A DNA stretch of 39,986 nt from Actinomycetota bacterium (GTDB lineage: Bacteria > Actinomycetota > UBA4738 > JACQTL01): NCBI GenBank assembly GCA_046724795.1, contig JBKOXF010000101.1:1-39986 (forward strand), written 5' to 3'. This document shows, in pieces, positions 29,998 to 38,652 of the stretch. Position 1 is the first letter of the stretch; every line of letters starts with the position of its first letter. Both the position numbers and the translations under genes were made by a program. Under the pieces are notes generated by a model. The model worked only from the letters and a program-made list of their open reading frames with translations. It was not told where the DNA came from and made no database searches.

Positions 29998-31002
29998 ATG
30001 ACCCGGAAGCTGGCCGCCCTGGTGCCGATCGGCGCGCTGCTCGTCGCGATGTGGGCCGTGACCCTCCCGTACTACTCCGAGGGGCCGGGGCCGGCCAAGG
30101 ACGTCGAGCCGCTCATCTCCGTTCGGTCGCACCCGACGTATCCCTCATCGGGACACTTCATCCTGACCTCGGTCCAGTTCCTGACTCTGAACGTGTTTGG
30201 CGCCATCAGGGCGTGGCTCGATCCGAGCCTGTCCGTCGTCCCGGAGAGCGCGCTCGTCGCTCCGGGCGAGACCCAGCAGCAGGCGAAGCAACGGTCCGTG
30301 TCGGACATGGACCAGAGCAAGATCGACGCCGCGATCGTGGTCCTCACGCGCCTGGCGGGGTATCCGAACGAGCACGGACGGGGAGTGCTCGTGGAGGGGT
30401 ACCCGATCCTCCGGGAGACGGGGTACCCGGACCCGAAGTGCCCGGCGACCGGGCGCCTGTTCCCCGGGGATGTGATCGAGTCTGTGAACGGCACGCCGAC
30501 GCCCTCTGCGGCTGGTTTCCGGCGCGTGCTGGCGAAGATCCCGGCGTCGAAGCCGATCACCCTTCGGGGAACCGCGGGCGGTCAGGGCTTCCACGTGACG
30601 CTCACCCGGCGTCCGTGCGCGGACTCCACGAAGCCGCTCATCGGCATCGACAGCTATCCCACGTTCCCGTTCCACCTCTCGATCTCGAGCGGGGACATCG
30701 GCGGGCCCTCCGCCGGCCTGATGTGGGCGCTCGGCCTGTACGACCTCCTGACGCCCGGCGATCTCACGGGCGACCGGGTCGTGGCGGGGACGGGCCAGAT
30801 CGAACCGGACGGGACGATCGAGCCGATCGGCGGCGTCCAGAAGAAGGTCGCGGCGGCGAAGGCGGCCGGGGCGAAGGTGTTCCTGGTCCCGGCCGGCGCC
30901 AACTATCGCGACGCTCGGAACGTTGCCGGTGAGCTCACCCTCGTGCCCGTCGAGACCTTCGCCGACGCCCTCCACTATCTGCGCACCCACGGCGGTTCGT
31001 AG
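29998..31002 (+). CDS. PDZ-domain protein with a Lon-type (S16) C-terminal protease domain (YlbL/SdrC-like)
   Basis: N-terminal TM helix, PDZ segment GDVIESVNG, and the Lon catalytic Ser in DIGGPSAGLMWALGLYD together with GGVQKKVAAAKAAGAKVFLVP. Confidence 0.85.
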   Translation: MTRKLAALVPIGALLVAMWAVTLPYYSEGPGPAKDVEPLISVRSHPTYPSSGHFILTSVQFLTLNVFGAIRAWLDPSLSVVPESALVAPGETQQQAKQRSVSDMDQSKIDAAIVVLTRLAGYPNEHGRGVLVEGYPILRETGYPDPKCPATGRLFPGDVIESVNGTPTPSAAGFRRVLAKIPASKPITLRGTAGGQGFHVTLTRRPCADSTKPLIGIDSYPTFPFHLSISSGDIGGPSAGLMWALGLYDLLTPGDLTGDRVVAGTGQIEPDGTIEPIGGVQKKVAAAKAAGAKVFLVPAGANYRDARNVAGELTLVPVETFADALHYLRTHGGS

Positions 31003-31060
31003 GCCCGGGAAAACGCGGACCCGATGGTAGGGTGGGCCGTTCCCGTGGAGGGGTAGGTAG

Positions 31061-33913
31061 ATGGCGGTCAGGGCGATCCCGAGAAGGCGCCGGTGGCTCA
31101 TCGCGGTTGGCGTGGTGGTCGCTCTCGCGTTCATCGCGCTGAACGTCCTCTCGAGCTTCTACGTGGACCTCCTGTGGTACCGGGAGGTCCATTTCTCCAG
31201 CGTGTTCTGGGCCGTCATCCGCAGCAAGGTCTTGCTGGGGTTCCTGTTCGGGGCGCTGTTCTTCGTCATCCTGTTCGTGAACCTCGTGATCGCTCGACGC
31301 ATCACGCCTCGGTATCGAGTGTTCTCGCCCGAGCAGGAGATCATCGAGCGGTACCGGGTGGCCGTTGAGCCCTACCTGAAGTGGATACTTCCGGGGATCG
31401 CGCTGCTTATCGCGTTGTTCGTGGGGATCGCCGCCAGCGGGCGGTGGGAGGTGTTCCAGCTGTGGCGGCACTCCTCGGGCGTGTCCTTCGGGAACCCCGA
31501 CCCGATCTTCCACAAGGACCCGGCCTTCTACATCTTCCGGCTTCCGTTCCTCGAGTACGTCCAGGGCTGGCTGTTCTCGGCCTTCGTCGGGATCACCGTG
31601 ATCGTGGCGCTGATGCACTACCTGTTCGGCGGGATCCGCCTGCAGTCGCCCGGGGAGCGCGTCACGCCGCAGGTCAAGGTGCACCTGTCGGTGCTGCTCG
31701 GCCTGATCATGCTGACGAAGGCGTGGGGGTACTGGCTGGGGCGCTACAACCTCCTGACCTCCAACCGCGGCGTCGTCACCGGCGCGTCGTACACGGACGT
31801 CCACGTGCAGAAGCCGGCCTTGCTGTTCCTGATGGTGGTGGCCATCCTGTGCGGGCTGCTGTTCCTGGTAAACATCCGGCTGCGCGGGTGGATCCTTCCG
31901 GGGCTGGGGCTGGGACTGCTGGTGGTCGCCGCCGCGGGAGCGGCCATCGTGGCGTTCGCATTTCAGAAGTTCTCGGTGGCCCCGCAGGAGTTGCAGCGAG
32001 AGCGCCCATACATCGCGTACAACATCGACGCCACCCGGAAGGCGTTCGGCCTTGGGCCCGGGGACATCACCACGGGTCAGCGTCCGGTGACGCCTGCGCT
32101 GACTGCGCCGGACGTCGCGAACAACGCGGGCACGATCCAGAACATCCGCCTGTGGGACCCCGGGCTGCTGAAGCAGGACTTCGACCAGCTCCAGCGGATC
32201 AAGCAGTACTACGAGTTCCAGGACGTCGACGTGGACCGATACCAGCTCAACGGACAGGAGCGGATGACGATGCTCTCCGCCCGGGAGGTCAGCCAGAACG
32301 GCATCCCGAACGGGAAGACCTGGCAAAACGCCCATCTCGTGTACACCCACGGGTTCGGCGCTGTGGCGAACGTGGTCAACACCGCGACCGCGCAGGGGGC
32401 GCCGGCGTTGATCCTCCAGGACATCCCGCCGACCGGGCAGATCCCCATCACGTCCAACGGCTCGCGCATCTATTACGGTGAGCGCCAGGACGTCCCCTTC
32501 GTCGTCGCCGACACGGGTGTCAAGGAGCTGGACTACCAGGGGACGGGCACCAGCGACCAGTCCAACCGGTACTTCACCTACACGGGATCCGGGGGTATCC
32601 CGATCGGCGGGTTCTTCGGACGGCTGTTGTTCGCGTGGCGGTACAAGGACTTCAACCTGCTGATCTCGAGCCTGATCCACAGCGACAGCCGCGTCCTGAT
32701 CTACCGCTCGATCGAGCAGCGCATCCCGAAGCCGGCGCCCTTCCTGAAGTACGACGGCGACCCGTACGCCGCGGTCATCGACGGCCAACTCATGTGGATC
32801 CAGGATGCGTACACCACCGCGAACCGGTATCCGTACTCGGAGCCCGTCAATCTGTCGGGTGTGACGAACGGGAATCTGTCCGGCCAGGTGAACTACATCC
32901 GCAACTCGGTCAAGGTCGCGGTGAACGCGTACACGGGGCAGATGACCTACTACGTGGTGGATCCGAGCGATCCGGTCATCCAGGTGTGGGAACGCATCTT
33001 CCCCGACCTGTTCACGACGACACCGGCGCCTGCCTCCCTGGAGGCGCACTTCCGGTACCCGGAGGACCTATTCACCATCCAGGCCACGCAGTTCACGAAG
33101 TACCACATCACCGATCCGAACGCCTTCTACCAGCGGCAGGACTTCTGGGCCGTCCCGTCCGACCCGGCGTTCGCGCAGAACAACACGGGCGCGAGCCAGT
33201 TGCTGAGGCCGTACTACGTCGTCATGCGGTTGCCCGGGAGCACCAGCGAGGAGTTCGTGCTGGTATTGCCGTTCACGCCGGTCGGCCGGAACAACATGGT
33301 GGCGTGGATGGCGGCGAAGTCGGATCCCGCCGATTACGGCCAGGTTGTGAGCTACGAGTTCCCGTCGGGAGAGAACGTCGACGGCCCGGTGCAGGTGTTC
33401 AACCAGATCAACACCGACCCGACGTTCTCGGCGGAGCGGACGCTCCTCGGCAAGGGCGGGTCCAAGGTCCTGTTCGGTAACTTCCTGGTGATCCCGATCG
33501 AGGACTCGTTCCTCTATGTGCAGCCGGTCTTCGTGCAGTCGCAGCAGGAGGGGTCCTTCCCGCAGCTGAAGCGGGTGGTCGTCGTGCAGAACGGCGTCGT
33601 CGGGGTGGAACCGACGCTGGGGGCCGCGCTCGCCTCGTCGCTCGGGCAGGCCCCGCCGCCGACGCAGGCGCCGCCCCCACAAGGAGGCGGAGGAGGGAAG
33701 GTCTCGAAGCAGGTTCAGGCCCTGCTGACGCAGGCGCTTCAGCACTTCGCTGCGGCGGAAAGCGCGCTCAAGAAGGGTGATCTCGGGACCTACCAGAAGG
33801 AGATCCAGGAGGCTCAGTCGCTCGTCAGGCAGGCGAACGCGCTCGCGGTCGGGGGGAAGAAGGGGACGTCGTCCTCGCCGAGTCCGTCGCCCTCACCCTC
33901 AGCGTCGCCGTAG
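31061..33913 (+). CDS. UPF0182-family large membrane protein
   Basis: FYVDLLWYREVHFSSVFW, about 7 N-terminal TM helices and a large extracytoplasmic domain (NIRLWDP...YYEFQDVD). Synteny with the PDZ/Lon gene is conserved in Actinobacteria. Confidence 0.9.
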   Translation: MAVRAIPRRRRWLIAVGVVVALAFIALNVLSSFYVDLLWYREVHFSSVFWAVIRSKVLLGFLFGALFFVILFVNLVIARRITPRYRVFSPEQEIIERYRVAVEPYLKWILPGIALLIALFVGIAASGRWEVFQLWRHSSGVSFGNPDPIFHKDPAFYIFRLPFLEYVQGWLFSAFVGITVIVALMHYLFGGIRLQSPGERVTPQVKVHLSVLLGLIMLTKAWGYWLGRYNLLTSNRGVVTGASYTDVHVQKPALLFLMVVAILCGLLFLVNIRLRGWILPGLGLGLLVVAAAGAAIVAFAFQKFSVAPQELQRERPYIAYNIDATRKAFGLGPGDITTGQRPVTPALTAPDVANNAGTIQNIRLWDPGLLKQDFDQLQRIKQYYEFQDVDVDRYQLNGQERMTMLSAREVSQNGIPNGKTWQNAHLVYTHGFGAVANVVNTATAQGAPALILQDIPPTGQIPITSNGSRIYYGERQDVPFVVADTGVKELDYQGTGTSDQSNRYFTYTGSGGIPIGGFFGRLLFAWRYKDFNLLISSLIHSDSRVLIYRSIEQRIPKPAPFLKYDGDPYAAVIDGQLMWIQDAYTTANRYPYSEPVNLSGVTNGNLSGQVNYIRNSVKVAVNAYTGQMTYYVVDPSDPVIQVWERIFPDLFTTTPAPASLEAHFRYPEDLFTIQATQFTKYHITDPNAFYQRQDFWAVPSDPAFAQNNTGASQLLRPYYVVMRLPGSTSEEFVLVLPFTPVGRNNMVAWMAAKSDPADYGQVVSYEFPSGENVDGPVQVFNQINTDPTFSAERTLLGKGGSKVLFGNFLVIPIEDSFLYVQPVFVQSQQEGSFPQLKRVVVVQNGVVGVEPTLGAALASSLGQAPPPTQAPPPQGGGGGKVSKQVQALLTQALQHFAAAESALKKGDLGTYQKEIQEAQSLVRQANALAVGGKKGTSSSPSPSPSPSASP

Positions 33914-33970
33914 CTCTGCACCGAGCTTCCACGTACGCCGGCCATCTTTCGGATACCCTCGGGCGAGCAC

Positions 33971-35146
33971 ATGAGGCGTGAGCGGGTCTACGTGAGGCGC
34001 CGCCGCGTGGCGGCCACGATCCTGCTCGGGCTCATCGCGCTCGTCACTTGGGGGGTGTCATCGGTCTTCGCCGGGGGAGAGGACCCTGAGCCCAACACGG
34101 GAACAACGTCCGTCGGTTCGTCCGCGGCTCGGACGCTCGTCGAGGCGCACGCACGGGGCTCGAACGTGTATGCGGCGACCGAAGATCCCTCCGCGCTGAG
34201 TCCTGCCGTCCGGGGGATCCCGGAACGCGTGTACGTCCCCAACAGCGAGTCGAGGACCGTGGACGTGATCGATCCCACGACGTTCAAGATCATCCGGCAC
34301 TTTTCCGCGGCCCGCTACGACCAGCACGTGACCCCGTCGTGGGACATGAAGCATCTGTACGTCGACAACACCGGTGCCAACACCCTCACCGAGATCGACC
34401 CGAGAACGGCTCGGCCGGTCCGGACGATCCCCGTCCCCGATCCGTACAACCTGTACTTCACTCCGGACGGATCCAAGGCGGTCGTGGTGGTCGAGAGCTT
34501 CCACCGGTTGGATTTCCGAAACCCTCGGAGCTGGAGGCTCATCAAGACGGTTGTCATCCCATCTCCCGGCCCGGATCACCTCGACTTCTCCTCGAACGGA
34601 CGGTTCCTCCTCCTGTCGACGGAGTTCGGCGGCCATGTGGTCCGCGTGGACACGGTCGCGATGCGCGTCACCGGGAGCCTTTACCTCGGTGGGTCTCCGG
34701 TGGACGTGAAGCTCTCGCCGAATGGGCGAGTGTTCTTCGTCGCGAACCAGCGAGAGGGTGGGGTCTCGGTGATCGATCCGCGCGGGAAGATGCGGCAGAC
34801 CCGGTTCATCCGTACGGGCGCGGGGGCTCACGGTCTCGCGTACAGCCGAGACACACAGGATCTCTATGTGTCGAACCGCCTTGCCGGGTCCATCTCGGTG
34901 ATCGACGTTCGAACACAACGGGTCAGAGCGACGTGGCACGTGGGAGGAAGCCCCGACATGATGCAGGTCTCGCCGGACGGTGGCCAGCTCTGGGTGTCGA
35001 ATCGGTTCCACGGCTCCGTGTCGGTCATCAATACGGCGACGGGACATCTCCTCCAGGTCATCCCCGTCGGGGCGAGCCCGCACGGCTTGACCCTGTTCCC
35101 CCAACCGGGCCGGTACTGTCTCGGACACAACGGCGTGTATCGCTAG
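33971..35146 (+). CDS. YVTN/YncE-like beta-propeller repeat protein, membrane-anchored or secreted
   Basis: An Arg-rich N-terminus and a TM helix are followed by repeated V(Y/F)V.N...sVsVID motifs (TVDVIDP, GVSVIDP, SISVIDV, SVSVINT). Confidence 0.78.
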   Translation: MRRERVYVRRRRVAATILLGLIALVTWGVSSVFAGGEDPEPNTGTTSVGSSAARTLVEAHARGSNVYAATEDPSALSPAVRGIPERVYVPNSESRTVDVIDPTTFKIIRHFSAARYDQHVTPSWDMKHLYVDNTGANTLTEIDPRTARPVRTIPVPDPYNLYFTPDGSKAVVVVESFHRLDFRNPRSWRLIKTVVIPSPGPDHLDFSSNGRFLLLSTEFGGHVVRVDTVAMRVTGSLYLGGSPVDVKLSPNGRVFFVANQREGGVSVIDPRGKMRQTRFIRTGAGAHGLAYSRDTQDLYVSNRLAGSISVIDVRTQRVRATWHVGGSPDMMQVSPDGGQLWVSNRFHGSVSVINTATGHLLQVIPVGASPHGLTLFPQPGRYCLGHNGVYR

Positions 35147-35376
35147 CGCCCGGGGCTGGCCCGGACGCGCATCGAACCACATGAGCAAGAATTCACACCA
35201 TCCAAGGCAATCTGCGCGTACCCTCGCTGACGAGCTGGGGCGGTCGGGAGACGAGGTCGATCCGGAGCCTGGGGGGCATCAACCACGAAAGCTCCCCGAC
35301 CGCCCCGGCACTCTTCCGTGCCTGAACGGGCGGGTCATCTCAAGCGCAACTTCGAGAATGCCGATGACATATCGGA

Positions 35377-35973
35377 ATGAGATTCGTTCCCCGCGTCCTC
35401 GTGGGTCTTGTCTTCGCCACGGTTGCTGCCACGGCCGCCTTCGCCTCACCAGTTGCGCATCTCGGTGATTCGGCTACCCACCACTCTGCCACTGACCAAC
35501 CGTGTGAGTCACCTTCGCCGGATCCACCCGAATCCCCGACCCCCGAGCCCTCCGATTCGACTTCTCCAGAGCCGCGTGAGTCGCCGTCGCCCGAGCCGAG
35601 CGATACCGCCTCTCCGGAGCCTTCGGAGACACCGGAGCCTTGCGAGAGCCCCTCGCCGGAGCCCACCGAAACTCATTCTCCCGATCCCAGCGAGAGTCCC
35701 TCACCGAGTAGCGACGCAACCCCCGTGACGTGCCCCAGCATCCCGCCGCCGTCGGGCCCGGTGACCGGACTGGAGAATGCGATCGAGCACGTGTCCGCGA
35801 ACTGTCAGCGGCATCCCAACCACGGGCTGGTGAATGCGTTGAATCACCTGCAGGCCAACGAGGCCGCCGAGCAGTTGCGACGTGCCCAGAGGAACGAGGA
35901 CGCCAGAGAGGGCGTCAGGGGGAAGGACAAGATTCATCCCCAGGGCAAGGCCCGCGGCCATTCAGGTCACTAG
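35377..35973 (+). CDS. Secreted protein with a Ser/Pro/Glu repeat linker and a basic helical C-terminus
   Basis: The signal peptide is MRFVPRVLVGLVFATVAATAAFASP. It is followed by ~70 aa of (E/D)SPSPEP-type repeats. The RBS is weak. Confidence 0.55.
   Translation: MRFVPRVLVGLVFATVAATAAFASPVAHLGDSATHHSATDQPCESPSPDPPESPTPEPSDSTSPEPRESPSPEPSDTASPEPSETPEPCESPSPEPTETHSPDPSESPSPSSDATPVTCPSIPPPSGPVTGLENAIEHVSANCQRHPNHGLVNALNHLQANEAAEQLRRAQRNEDAREGVRGKDKIHPQGKARGHSGH
35503..35712 (+). repeat. Imperfect tandem coding repeats (SP[ED]P units)
   Basis: Units such as gagtcgccgtcgcccgagccg and gagagcccctcgccggagccc recur, encoding ESPSPEP variants. Confidence 0.7.
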
Positions 35974-36004
35974 CCTTTCGGATCCCTCGAGCCGGGTTGT
36001 CCGC

Positions 36005-36433
36005 TTAGCCGAGGACCATCCCGTCGGCTGACCCCGTCGGCTCCGGATCGGGGAGACGCGTCATCCGAGAGGCCGTCACGATACCGATCAGGGCGGCGAT
36101 CAACGGGGTCAGCATCGCCACCTGCAACGCGATCGGCCGTGCATCCGTGTTGATCCGGATGATCTCGGTCTGCACGTCTGCCGGTTGGTCGACCAGGAGC
36201 TCCGCCAGCTTCGTGTTGCTCATCAGCTCGGCGTTGTCTTCCAGGCCGTTGGCGACCTGCGTTTGTTCCGCGGGGCTGAGCACCGAGCTCGTGTGGAGAT
36301 CGTGAACCACCGACGAGATCGACACGTTCATCAGGGACGTGTCGACGACGAGCACGAACATCGCCATCGCGAGCAGCAGCGCGAGCTTCCGGTCGAACAG
36401 CTCGGCGGCATTGGTTTTCGGGGGTGCGTCCAT
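36005..36433 (-). pseudogene. Internally deleted remnant of an MFS (EmrB/QacA-type) transporter
   Basis: The N-terminus LALLLAMAMFVLVVDTSLMNVSISSVVHDLHTS is the TM1 signature of 14-TMS MFS exporters. It is joined directly to a C-terminal-type segment (QTEIIRINTDARPIALQVAMLTPLIAALIGIVTASRMTRLPDP). Only 142 aa remain, versus the ~480-520 expected. Confidence 0.5.
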
Positions 36434-36582
36434 CCGAGAAACCCTATCGTGCGGAAACGCGGGCTCCTACGCGAACCGTAGGACCCATGCTCGATCCGGG
36501 GTCAGAACCCGGACGCCCTCCGCCAGGGGGGCGAAGAGGCGATCCGGGCTATCCTTCTGACCGGCTCACCGAGGAGGCAGCC

Positions 36583-37122
36583 ATGACGAAGCCGGAGGGA
36601 CCCGTCGGGGTGTTCGTGGCTTCATTCGACTCCGAGGATCTCGCCGACAAGGCTCTCAAGGCAATCGAGCAACTCCAGAGCCGGACGCTCATGCTCACGG
36701 TGTTTGACCACGCGAAGGTGGTCCGCCACGAGGACGGCCGGATCGAGGTGCGTCCGGCCCACGGCGCGAGGGGCGGAGCGAAGACGGGACTGGTAGTGGG
36801 GGCGATCGTGGGCGTGATCTTCCCACCGTCGCTGATCGTGACCGGGGCCGCGGGGGCGGCGGCCGGCGCCGCCGTTGGAAAGGCGCGGAAGGGAACGTTC
36901 GACCGCGACTTCCTCGAGCGGATGGGAGGATTCATGGAGCCCGGCCGGACGGCGATCGTCGTCATCACCGCCGCGCAGCACATGGCGACGCTTGCGGACA
37001 CGGTTCCGAGCGCCGTCCACACGTTCAGCCACACATTCGGTGAGATGGACGCCGATGCCGTCAAGGAGTGGATCTCGTCGATCCCGTCGCAGGCGTCTGA
37101 GGGCGGGGAGGGTTCGTCGTGA
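36583..37122 (+). CDS. DUF1269-like membrane protein
   Basis: GAGGAGG precedes ATG 36583. GVFVASFDSEDLADKALKAIEQL is followed by a Gly/Ala-rich TM segment GLVVGAIVGVIFPPSLIVTGAAGAAAGAAVG and then FDRDFLERMGGFMEPGRTAIVV. Confidence 0.7.
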   Translation: MTKPEGPVGVFVASFDSEDLADKALKAIEQLQSRTLMLTVFDHAKVVRHEDGRIEVRPAHGARGGAKTGLVVGAIVGVIFPPSLIVTGAAGAAAGAAVGKARKGTFDRDFLERMGGFMEPGRTAIVVITAAQHMATLADTVPSAVHTFSHTFGEMDADAVKEWISSIPSQASEGGEGSS

Positions 37123-37131
37123 CCCCCTCTG

Positions 37132-37200
37132 AACGGGCCGATCGGCGTGTTCGTCGCGGCGTTCGGGTCCGAGGATGCCGCGGGAGACGCGTTCGAGCTC
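37132..37200 (+). pseudogene. Truncated duplicate of the DUF1269 N-terminus
   Basis: NGPIGVFVAAFGSEDAAGDAFEL aligns by eye with EGPVGVFVASFDSEDLADKALKAI of the preceding gene. After that the sequence degenerates into Arg/Gly-rich text. Confidence 0.4.
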
Positions 37201-37399
37201 CCCGCGTGCGGGTTAGGCCGCGGCGGGCGGCGCGCCCACGCCGGCCAGAGGGAGCTCCCCCTCATCCGCAGGTCGTGGAGGGTTAGGGCTACGACGGAGG
37301 GCACGCCCCACCCAGCGATCGAGAGTAGGGGGCCACGAGCCGGTCAGCGACGCATCTAGGGGGAAGCCCGGCACCAGGCCGCCCCACGGGGACTCGCGG

Positions 37400-38335
37400 C
37401 TACGAGTCTCGGGACGGGGCGAGGAACTCGGTCAGCGCCGCGAGCAGCTCCTCGGGCGCCTGCTCGGCGACCCAGTGGGCGGCGCCGGCCAGAACCACGC
37501 CCTGAACGTCGTCCGCGACGAGCTTCATCGCGTTGGCAGGGCCTTCGCCGCCGCTTTCCTCGCCGCCGATCGCCAGGACGGGCATGGTCAGCCGCCGGTT
37601 CTTCCGCTCCTCGTTCTGCGCCGTCGTCGTGCCGATGGCGCGGTAGAACTCGAAGCTGCCGCGCAGGGCTTCCGGGTCGTCGGCGAGCAAGGCGATGTAA
37701 TAGCTAACGTCATCGGGCGGCAGCTTCTTGGTCCCGGCCGAGGCCGCGAACTCGGCCCCGAAGAAGATCTGCTCTCGTCCTCTGATGAGTGCTTCGTTCA
37801 CCTCGCTGGGCAGCTGGTTGAACATCAAGTGCCAGAGCCTGGCGTTAAGCACAGGTGGCAGAAACAGCGGCGGTGAGGGTGTCACGCCCGGCAGCGGGGC
37901 CTCGGAGACGACGAGACGCTCGACCCGCTCCGGGTGGTCGGCCGCCAGGGCGTACGCGATCGGCATCCCCGTGTCGGTGCCGTAGAGAGCGAACCTCTCG
38001 TGGCCGAGCGCGTCCATAAGCGCGACGAGGTCAGCGGCGAGGGCGCCGGTGTCGTAGCCGTCCCGGGGCTTGTCGGAGAGACCGATGCCTCGCTGATCGG
38101 GGGCAACGACCTGGAAGTCGTTCGCCAGCGCCGGCATCATGAGGCGCCACGCATACCAGGTCTCCGGCCAGCCGTGAACGAGCAGCAGTGGCGGGCCCTC
38201 GCCTCCCGTGACCGCGTGGAGCCGCACGCCGCCGGCATCGACGTACCGGCTGGTGAACGTGTCGGCGAAGCCGGCCGGGAGGTTCGGCGCCCCGGCGACG
38301 GATCCCGGGCCGTCAAGTGCGGAAGACGAGCTCAC
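37400..38335 (-). CDS. Alpha/beta hydrolase (epoxide hydrolase or haloalkane dehalogenase-like)
   Basis: LLLVHGWPETWYAWR...APDQRGIGLSDKP...ALYGTDTGMPIAY...GAAHWVAEQAPEE. GTG 38335 follows GGAAAGGAGA. Confidence 0.82.
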   Translation of the reverse strand: MSSSSALDGPGSVAGAPNLPAGFADTFTSRYVDAGGVRLHAVTGGEGPPLLLVHGWPETWYAWRLMMPALANDFQVVAPDQRGIGLSDKPRDGYDTGALAADLVALMDALGHERFALYGTDTGMPIAYALAADHPERVERLVVSEAPLPGVTPSPPLFLPPVLNARLWHLMFNQLPSEVNEALIRGREQIFFGAEFAASAGTKKLPPDDVSYYIALLADDPEALRGSFEFYRAIGTTTAQNEERKNRRLTMPVLAIGGEESGGEGPANAMKLVADDVQGVVLAGAAHWVAEQAPEELLAALTEFLAPSRDS

Positions 38336-38578
38336 AAAGGTCTCCTTTCCCCCAGTGACTTGAAGCCCCTTCATGCCGAGGTACGGATTGTGCCACGGTG
38401 GGCCGGCCGGCCCCACCTCAGCAAACCGCGCCGAGGCCCCCGGGCCGCGCCTGGGCGGGAGCTCCAGTTACTAGTCGACGCGCTACGGCTGGCTTCGTCC
38501 CTGTCAGGTCGCTGGTGCCCATTGCGGCCAGCCCTTGGTCCGGTTGGCGGCCCGTCGACGCGGTTGCTAGCATCGGTC

Positions 38579-38652
38579 TGCGGGGTGGAGCAGTCCGGTA
38601 GCTCGCTGGGCTCATAACCCAGAGGTCGCAGGTTCAAATCCTGCCCCCGCGA
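38579..38652 (+). tRNA. tRNA-Met (anticodon CAT), initiator-like, with no encoded CCA
   Basis: Hand-folded cloverleaf: TGCGGGG/TG/GAGC-AGTCCGGTA-GCTC/G/CTGGG-CTCATAA-CCCAG/AGGTC/GCAGG-TTCAAAT-CCTGC/CCCCGCG/A. The anticodon stem has three consecutive G-C pairs and positions 1:72 form a non-Watson-Crick U-G pair, both initiator-like. It is near-identical in layout to E. coli tRNA-fMet. Confidence 0.85.

Noticed and set aside
35503-35712. Repeat array that could be mistaken for a CRISPR or other non-coding tandem repeat
   Set aside because: The repeats are imperfect, lack unique spacers, and stay in frame within a signal-peptide ORF, where they encode SP(E/D)P units.
37147-37359. 70-aa ORF as a genuine gene
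   Set aside because: Only its first ~18 residues resemble DUF1269, and the rest is Arg/Gly-rich with no RBS. It is treated as a gene fragment.
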